Virus record (IMG/VR): IMGVR_UViG_3300006851_000008
Span: 1 to 39,873 of that record
Reading direction: 5' to 3' (one strand)
DNA length: 39,873 nt
Source of the DNA: a virus
Lineage: Duplodnaviria > Caudoviricetes
Position numbers and translations under genes: made by a program. The notes beneath the pieces are model-generated. The model was not told where the DNA came from and ran no database searches. It saw only the letters and a list, made by a program, of their open reading frames with translations. Below, piece after piece: positions 34,332-39,873 of the stretch (positions within the stretch are counted from its first letter, which is position 1; each line of letters begins with the position of its first letter).

Positions 34332-37268
34332 TTACGGTTGGAAGCAAAGTCGAGCGCCGGAATACGCGTTCGTACTCGTAGGAGCGATATGCGTATGCGT
34401 GGCAAACGCACCCGCACGCGTGCCATAAATACCCGAACCACCCACGCGAACCGCCCTAATAGACTCTTCACTGTTTGTATAAAGGTAATCTGCATAGAAT
34501 GTACTGCTAGATCCGCCTAATTCCTTAGGTAGTATAGTCCCTGGGAATAATTCTTTTATATATCCGTTGCTAGTTGGTCTAGATCCAATGTGATAATAGC
34601 CATCTGCGTCTATGTTGCTTCTTTTCTTTCTATATCTAGGATTTAAGTAATATTGGTTGTCTATTATATTAACTCCATTTACCCACTTCCAAATGTGTCC
34701 GTAGAAATTCTCTATTCCTCTCCAACTAAATGTTTTAACAGATCTAGTCTGTCCAATAGTTGGGTAATCTTGTAATACCACTTCTATTTCTCCGCTATTA
34801 TTTCCTAAACTAATTGTAGATCCACATTGTACTACTGGATAATAACCGTTGAAATCGGACCATTCCGAACTGCTTAAATTTGTAACTCCTTCAAATACAC
34901 TTTGCGTATTTAGCGTTCCAAAATCATGAATTTGAAGCCACACAAGCGTTTCGTAATGATGCATATCTTGATCTATCCAACCCTCGCCTCGCGCATTAGA
35001 TTTTTTTTCTGAAGCAACTCTACTAATTGAAGTGACTGGTTTACCTAGCTGAGATTTTGAAGGAGCTTCGTTGTCCCATGCCGATTGATTGCCTCCACCT
35101 CTATATCTTTCTGTAAGGTTACGAACAGAAGCTAGCATGCCATTGGTTCTATCCTCCGACGCTTCGAATGCAGAATGGTAATATTCCTTTACTTCTATTG
35201 CACCAGGAAAAGGTGTTAGGCTAAATGCTATATTATGTACATTACCCTCTAGGGTGTTTAATCTATAGTGTCGTGGCACTCTAACCATAACTTGGCCGTC
35301 TGTACCATCTAGCAATGCATCTTCAACTCCATCTTCTTTTTTCGCACTGTTATCTGAGTCTAAATAGTAATTTACGGTACCATCATCATTTAAAGTGCAT
35401 CTTCTAAATTTTTGTAAAATAGGCTTGGATTGATTTAATGCAGAATTACCAATATAATGAACCTCTGGCGCAGCAATTGTCCAATCGTATTTGCAACCAT
35501 ATATATTCTCCCAAATAACATCGTGCTCATAAAGTATAGTAATTGTATTATTTCCATACATAGTGGTTAATATTTCATAACCATTGGCTCGAATGTCTAT
35601 TTGGTTTTTAGATAGCCTTTGTCCATTCACAAAGCACCCTAGCAGTTTACTTGCTTTGTATTGCACATCGAATATTTGAGAATCGCCCTCCGACCATTCA
35701 AAATCATCTTCTACAGTAACTGTAGCTGCTTTGTTTTTAATGTAAGTATCTGAAGCTATATTCGCTTCTAAATAATCTGACTGGACGTTGACTTGTGCGC
35801 CTTCCTCTACATTATCTAGTTTACCTTTTAATACGTTCGTAAAATCGTTAGTCGATAATTCTTTTCCTGCTACTTTGTCAACCTTCTTGTCAAGTTCTGT
35901 TTGTTGAGCTGTAGATACAGGCTTATCGGCATCGCTTGTGTTATCTGCGTTGCCTAAACTAACATCGGACTTTGTAACGGTAACAGCCCCTGTTTTACCG
36001 TTAACAGAATCTACAGTGTTGACCTCTGCGCCAGCCTCTATATTGTCTAACTTGTTCTTTAAGGTAGTTGTAAAATCGTTAGTCGATAATTCTTTTCCTG
36101 TTACTTTATCAACTTTCTTATCAAGTTCTGTTTGTTGAGCTGTAGATACAGGTTTATCGGCATCGCTAGTATTATCTGCATTTCCAAGGCCTACATCGGA
36201 CTTTGTAACGTTATGCGGGTTACCTGAAGCCTTTTTCGAATGATCATATGCAGATTTCCCTCGATCACCTCTATAAGCAGTGTCGGATGTTTCTCCTAAA
36301 ACTAAATCACCATCTCCAATTACTACATAACCAGTACCCGACCATCTGTAGGTCTTGTTAGTGTCTTTCGCTACGTATATAACAGCCGATTCTCCTGTGG
36401 CTGGAAAATCGCCTAATGTATCGAATTCCAGAACGTCCGATACGAATGAAGGTAGTTGTGAAACAGGAACTTTCCCGTCATCATCCAATTCTGCTACCCC
36501 TCCTGGTTCTCCTTTCTCAGTTATTTTTACAACTTCATTATCTTTAGCATAACCTGCATCTTCGTGATTGCCCCATCCATGTGCAATAACACCTTTTGCA
36601 ACTTTGTCTTTTTCTGTTTGATTATAATCAAACTCTGACAGTCCTTTTCCTGTTACTTTATCAACCTTCTTGTCAAGTTCTGTTTGTTGAGCTGTAGATA
36701 CAGGTTTATCAGCATCGCTAGTGTTGTCTGCATTTCCAAGGTCTACATCGGACTTTGTAACGGTAACAACCCCTGTCTTACCGTTAACAGAATCTACAGT
36801 GTTGACCTCTGCGCCAACCTCTATATTATCTAACTTGTTCTTTAAGGTAGTTGTGAAATCTTCTTCCGAAAGCCCTTTACTCCCGTCTTTATCAACCTTA
36901 TTGCCCAAGTCAACATCGTACTGCGATTTCCTTACAAGATCATCGCCATTAGTTGCATCTTCAGTTGAGCGTGGCACCTTGTTGAAGCGTACGGGGCCAG
37001 CAACTTCTTGTGCGTCTTCAGTTACTTTATTAAGAACCTGGTCTTTATTTGCCTTAACCCCTAAAGCGATGTCCATTTGCTCTTTTGGAACCAATCCATA
37101 CTTGGAAGTAGCATGTTCTTCGCTTCGTGGGTTTTTCTTAAAGTTCTTTAGATCATATATATCTTGATCTCCCTCTATTAAGACAACCTCGTTTCTATTT
37201 ACTTTTTCGCCTATATTCTTAAGCTCGTCGCCTTTTTCTATTTGCCAAAGATTTATTTTATCTTTCAT
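34332..37268 (-). CDS. Tail fibre / receptor-binding protein, DGR target (CLec-fold-like C-terminus)
   Basis: Phage-tail repeats (LGNADNTSDADKPVSTAQQ x3), 'DGQVMVRVP', 'WRGIENFYGHIWKWVNG', terminal VR. Confidence 0.92.
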   Translation of the reverse strand: MKDKINLWQIEKGDELKNIGEKVNRNEVVLIEGDQDIYDLKNFKKNPRSEEHATSKYGLVPKEQMDIALGVKANKDQVLNKVTEDAQEVAGPVRFNKVPRSTEDATNGDDLVRKSQYDVDLGNKVDKDGSKGLSEEDFTTTLKNKLDNIEVGAEVNTVDSVNGKTGVVTVTKSDVDLGNADNTSDADKPVSTAQQTELDKKVDKVTGKGLSEFDYNQTEKDKVAKGVIAHGWGNHEDAGYAKDNEVVKITEKGEPGGVAELDDDGKVPVSQLPSFVSDVLEFDTLGDFPATGESAVIYVAKDTNKTYRWSGTGYVVIGDGDLVLGETSDTAYRGDRGKSAYDHSKKASGNPHNVTKSDVGLGNADNTSDADKPVSTAQQTELDKKVDKVTGKELSTNDFTTTLKNKLDNIEAGAEVNTVDSVNGKTGAVTVTKSDVSLGNADNTSDADKPVSTAQQTELDKKVDKVAGKELSTNDFTNVLKGKLDNVEEGAQVNVQSDYLEANIASDTYIKNKAATVTVEDDFEWSEGDSQIFDVQYKASKLLGCFVNGQRLSKNQIDIRANGYEILTTMYGNNTITILYEHDVIWENIYGCKYDWTIAAPEVHYIGNSALNQSKPILQKFRRCTLNDDGTVNYYLDSDNSAKKEDGVEDALLDGTDGQVMVRVPRHYRLNTLEGNVHNIAFSLTPFPGAIEVKEYYHSAFEASEDRTNGMLASVRNLTERYRGGGNQSAWDNEAPSKSQLGKPVTSISRVASEKKSNARGEGWIDQDMHHYETLVWLQIHDFGTLNTQSVFEGVTNLSSSEWSDFNGYYPVVQCGSTISLGNNSGEIEVVLQDYPTIGQTRSVKTFSWRGIENFYGHIWKWVNGVNIIDNQYYLNPRYRKKRSNIDADGYYHIGSRPTSNGYIKELFPGTILPKELGGSSSTFYADYLYTNSEESIRAVRVGGSGIYGTRAGAFATHTHIAPTSTNAYSGARLCFQP
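34342..34457 (-). repeat. DGR variable repeat (VR)
   Basis: Encodes RAVRVGGSGIYGTRAGAFATHTHIAPTSTNAYSGARLC at the C-terminus of the target. Confidence 0.96.
35812..36860 (-). repeat. Three near-identical intragenic repeat modules in the fibre shaft
   Basis: Anchor GTAGATACAGG at 35911, 36142 and 36694 (offsets 231 and 552 bp); region limits approximate. Confidence 0.9.
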
Positions 37269-38121
37269 TTTCTGGTGTGTATTTAATTGTTATACCTTCA
37301 TTTCCTGGTAATGTTGTTAGTATTTCCACTTCATTCGTATTGTGTAATTCGTTGTATTGATGCTCTTGCAAGAGCACTCCGTTTATATATACATCAACTG
37401 ATTTTTTTTTGTAGGGTGGTATTTGTATAGTTTGTGAATCACCAAAAGTGAAGGGGATGTAAACCTCACTTCTTAAAGGTAAGTCTGGTTCTTGATAAGG
37501 TTCATTATTTACATAATGTAAATCATCTGCATCTACTTGACCCATATTTGTTCCATAAGAACCACTATTGCCAGTGAACAGGTAATAGCGAACTGCATCC
37601 GTTTGCATTTTCAACACTTGATTTGTACGTAATGTAACAGGGGAAGAGTTATTTATGTTATACTGTATAGTGCCACCTGCAAAAATGCCAATATCTTTTA
37701 TTAATTTTTGCGAGGTGTTCAGCTTTACAATATGTTCGGCTTGTATGTCTTCTCTAGCAAGCAGTAAATATAATGTTTGCTGGAAGCCGATAATTACATC
37801 GCCTTCCAAGGTCTTTCGCAAAACATATACAAATGGAAGTAGGTTTGGATTCTTAGTAATATTAATTCGGCTTATGCCCTCAGCAATATATACATCTTCT
37901 TCTTGCGTAGTAGTGTTTATTCCGCGTAGGCTAACAAACTGCAACGATGCACTTATTGGGTGCGATGCACCGCCAGTACCGTAGTTATATAGGTAGTTAA
38001 TAGCATCGATAATTTCGTTTATCTCATTGGCCATTAGCTTCATGTCTGCCGGGACCCCAAGTAATTGCATTACTTTCTCGGCACTGTTCTGCTTAGGATC
38101 TATGTTTAATAATCTACTCAT
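37258..38121 (-). CDS. Putative fibre-attachment/structural protein
   Basis: 287 aa; 'A.EINEIIDAIN' N-terminal motif; C-terminal domain similar to an internal fibre domain. Confidence 0.6.
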   Translation of the reverse strand: MSRLLNIDPKQNSAEKVMQLLGVPADMKLMANEINEIIDAINYLYNYGTGGASHPISASLQFVSLRGINTTTQEEDVYIAEGISRINITKNPNLLPFVYVLRKTLEGDVIIGFQQTLYLLLAREDIQAEHIVKLNTSQKLIKDIGIFAGGTIQYNINNSSPVTLRTNQVLKMQTDAVRYYLFTGNSGSYGTNMGQVDADDLHYVNNEPYQEPDLPLRSEVYIPFTFGDSQTIQIPPYKKKSVDVYINGVLLQEHQYNELHNTNEVEILTTLPGNEGITIKYTPENER

Positions 38122-38609
38122 TATAAATCAACAGGTATTTCTTCTGGCAATCCAAATATGGTGGTATAGCCAGATGGGTTAATGCTTTGTGTAGTGTAGG
38201 TTATAGTAGTACCGTTATGCGTATTTTCTACTTTTGCTTTAACAGCACTGTTCTGGAAGTAATCGTTTTTACCTAATTCCAGAACCGACCCATCGCATAG
38301 ATCTAGTAGTACTGCTTTGCATGTAATGTATTTTTCTATTCTAGCAGCACGATTCACATCGTTGTTTGGAAATTGTATGCGTGCTGTTTTTATATATATC
38401 ATACCAGCACTTCCCATGCTGCCTACTTCTGAGAAGCTTACACCACCAAGTGTAGTGTAAGCCCTTTCAGAAGATTCGGGGAGGGATATATTATAAAAAG
38501 GTTGCAAAGGATCGTTCTTTGCAGTTTTCAAGTCCTGGTATACCAGGCGTATACCTATAATATTAACTCGTTTGTGTACTTTCTTTAACATGTTTACAAA
38601 TATACACAT
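38121..38609 (-). CDS. Hypothetical structural protein (start probably MLKK at 38591)
   Basis: First gene after a late-promoter motif; coupled to the next gene. Confidence 0.65.
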   Translation of the reverse strand: MCIFVNMLKKVHKRVNIIGIRLVYQDLKTAKNDPLQPFYNISLPESSERAYTTLGGVSFSEVGSMGSAGMIYIKTARIQFPNNDVNRAARIEKYITCKAVLLDLCDGSVLELGKNDYFQNSAVKAKVENTHNGTTITYTTQSINPSGYTTIFGLPEEIPVDL

Positions 38610-38636
38610 ATATGTGTATAATGTATAGTGACATGC
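38597..38636 (-). promoter_or_regulatory. Promoter of the fibre/DGR operon: GCATGTCAC motif, 20-bp palindrome and TATATTTG
   Basis: Perfect -7 box; TATACACATATATGTGTATA (38601-38620) is a perfect palindrome. Confidence 0.6.
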
Positions 38637-38860
38637 TAGGTTTTTTCACCAGCAAAGGCTATTTCCAATACTTTTTTAGTAGTGGTTACAAGTATTTTGT
38701 TTTTACCATAATCTATGGTTGCTCTTCCTAATTATTTACCCTTATGTTCTATACCTAAATGCGAAGCTTTAAATGGTCGCACTACGGTAATATCCTTTTC
38801 TTTAAGCTTGTGTGAAGCACATACAAATCCTACAATCTTATCTGTTATTTTTTCGTTCAT
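38636..38860 (-). pseudogene. Small ORF interrupted by an in-frame TAA at 38732-38734
   Basis: MNEKITDKIVGFVC...EHKGK*LGRATIDYGKNKILV...GEKT*; the frame continues 31 codons to a TAG abutting the next promoter. Confidence 0.45.
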
Positions 38861-38862
38861 AA

Positions 38863-39033
38863 TTAATCGTTTTTAATGTCAAAAATTTCTATTGTTTTTA
38901 TAAAAGCCATTACTCTGGCCGACTCGTTGGAGACTAAGTTTAGTTCTCTCATAATCCGAATTACCTCGGTTAGTTCCTCGATGGTGTTACACGCATCTAT
39001 TATTTGCCAAATTTCTAAAAAACTATAACCCAT
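38863..39033 (-). CDS. Small hypothetical protein (56 aa, not in ORF track)
   Basis: Hand translation MGYSFLEIWQIIDACNTIEELTEVIRIM...; overlaps the upstream stop. Confidence 0.5.
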   Translation of the reverse strand: MGYSFLEIWQIIDACNTIEELTEVIRIMRELNLVSNESARVMAFIKTIEIFDIKND

Positions 39034-39460
39034 ATTCTTTATGTATATAAATTCTGTTGTGTTCTAATAAAGATTGTAGTGCATACACATCTGTTTGCTC
39101 GGTAAGTACATAAGGCTGTAGAATAATATTATCGTTTGCATCGGCAACAAATATGACCAAGCCTTCGCGGATCTGTTTATTGTTTTCTTTTAAATCTTTA
39201 CCTCGGGCCAGAACTAACTCCGTTCGAACGGAGGGCACAAATAATATTTGTCGGCTAACGTAATCCAATAGATCCATTACGTCATCGTCTATACTTATGT
39301 GATAGGTTTTATCTATCAAACCATCTTTACCTTGTAGGTAATATGGTTGACCATACCGGAGGTGTTCCGATCCATCTTTTCTAATTACTAAAATGTCTTC
39401 GGCAATTGCCTGTCGAACTGGTATTTCGACTTTTCTTGTTGTTTTCGCTGTTTTGTCCAT
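39023..39460 (-). CDS. Hypothetical phage protein with internal duplication
   Basis: 145 aa; the two halves share A..D/G../Y..D...L patterns. Confidence 0.65.
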   Translation of the reverse strand: MDKTAKTTRKVEIPVRQAIAEDILVIRKDGSEHLRYGQPYYLQGKDGLIDKTYHISIDDDVMDLLDYVSRQILFVPSVRTELVLARGKDLKENNKQIREGLVIFVADANDNIILQPYVLTEQTDVYALQSLLEHNRIYIHKEYGL

Positions 39461-39510
39461 GAAAAAAATGTTTTTTTTTTAAAAAGCATGCTATGTTTTG
39501 GGTTTTATTT

Positions 39511-39698
39511 TTCCACACATCCACACGCCTGATTATCAATTAGTTAACTCATTACATGTGTGGAATGTGTTGGAAACTCAAAAAACTTTCCACACCTTCC
39601 AACACATTCCACGCATATTCCACACATTACATAAATACATATACTGCTGATTATCATATACTTAACTCTATATATTGCCATGTGTGGAAATGTTGGAA
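39511..39698. repeat. Iteron-like TCCA(A)CAC repeats in both orientations; putative replication origin
   Basis: About ten direct and inverted TCCAC/TCCAAC copies plus two CTGATTATCA-N5-TTAACTC units. Confidence 0.7.
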
Positions 39699-39700
39699 CT

Positions 39701-39873
39701 TTAAAAGGGTAAATCTTCATCGCTACCTTTCTTTTTGTCTTGGTGGGTGGCAGGGAGGTTCAAACTCTCTTGCACCGACTGCGACGTGTTTTCGCCAAAT
39801 GGATTTCGTTCGGCCGATTGGAAGCTTGCTGCATTGATTAATTCACTGCGCAACTCTATTAATTGTAGATCTA
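39701..39873 (-). CDS. 3' end of an upstream gene (partial), possibly primase/replication protein
   Basis: Open frame ...DLQLIELRSELINAASF...KGSDEDLPF* with acidic DLPF tail, next to the iteron array. Confidence 0.55.
   Translation of the reverse strand, partial: DLQLIELRSELINAASFQSAERNPFGENTSQSVQESLNLPATHQDKKKGSDEDLPF

Larger units (their letters stand above)
123..39873. mobile_element. Temperate Bacteroidota prophage (siphovirus-like), left part; right end outside window
   Basis: Integrase next to a tRNA, followed by tape measure, terminase, capsid, protease, lysis and tail-fibre genes. Exact att core cannot be defined without the other end. Confidence 0.92.

Noticed and set aside
34164-34520. 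118-aa, 70-aa and 71-aa ORFs across TR/VR
   Set aside because: Shadow frames of the GC-rich TR and VR repeats; low-complexity products; not avd.
1402-39460. Phage-wide stop-codon reassignment
   Set aside because: Long genes translate intact in the standard code, and TAA, TAG and TGA all serve as coupled gene ends.
39511-39698. CRISPR array
   Set aside because: Repeats are 6-9 bp, irregularly spaced and in both orientations; no cas genes.
39556-39837. 93-aa + strand ORF
   Set aside because: Runs across the iteron array and antisense to a more credible minus-strand gene end.

Overview
This window is the left ~40 kb of a temperate, siphovirus-like Bacteroidota (Flavobacteriia-type) prophage inserted at the 3' end of tRNA-Arg(TCT); the prophage runs past the right edge. 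A tyrosine integrase lies on the + strand and almost everything else on the - strand: tail genes, tape measure, neck and portal, a ~7 kb accessory block (JAB/RadC, dUTPase, Zn-ribbon and SSB-like genes), terminase, capsid, S49 protease, lysis genes, tail fibres and an iteron-rich putative origin. The best-supported system is a diversity-generating retroelement (DGR): a 978-aa tail-fibre target with VR (34342-34457), a hairpin, TR (34159-34274) and an RT. All 11 TR/VR differences fall at TR adenines. No avd gene is present; two small overlapping ORFs follow the RT instead. Other notable signals are an integron-like attI/attC gene cassette inside the phage, a pseudoknotted T-loop RNA leader before an unannotated 53-aa ORF, a five-copy late-promoter motif, and several lesions suggesting prophage decay. 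Family names come from motif recognition by eye; no database searches were run.
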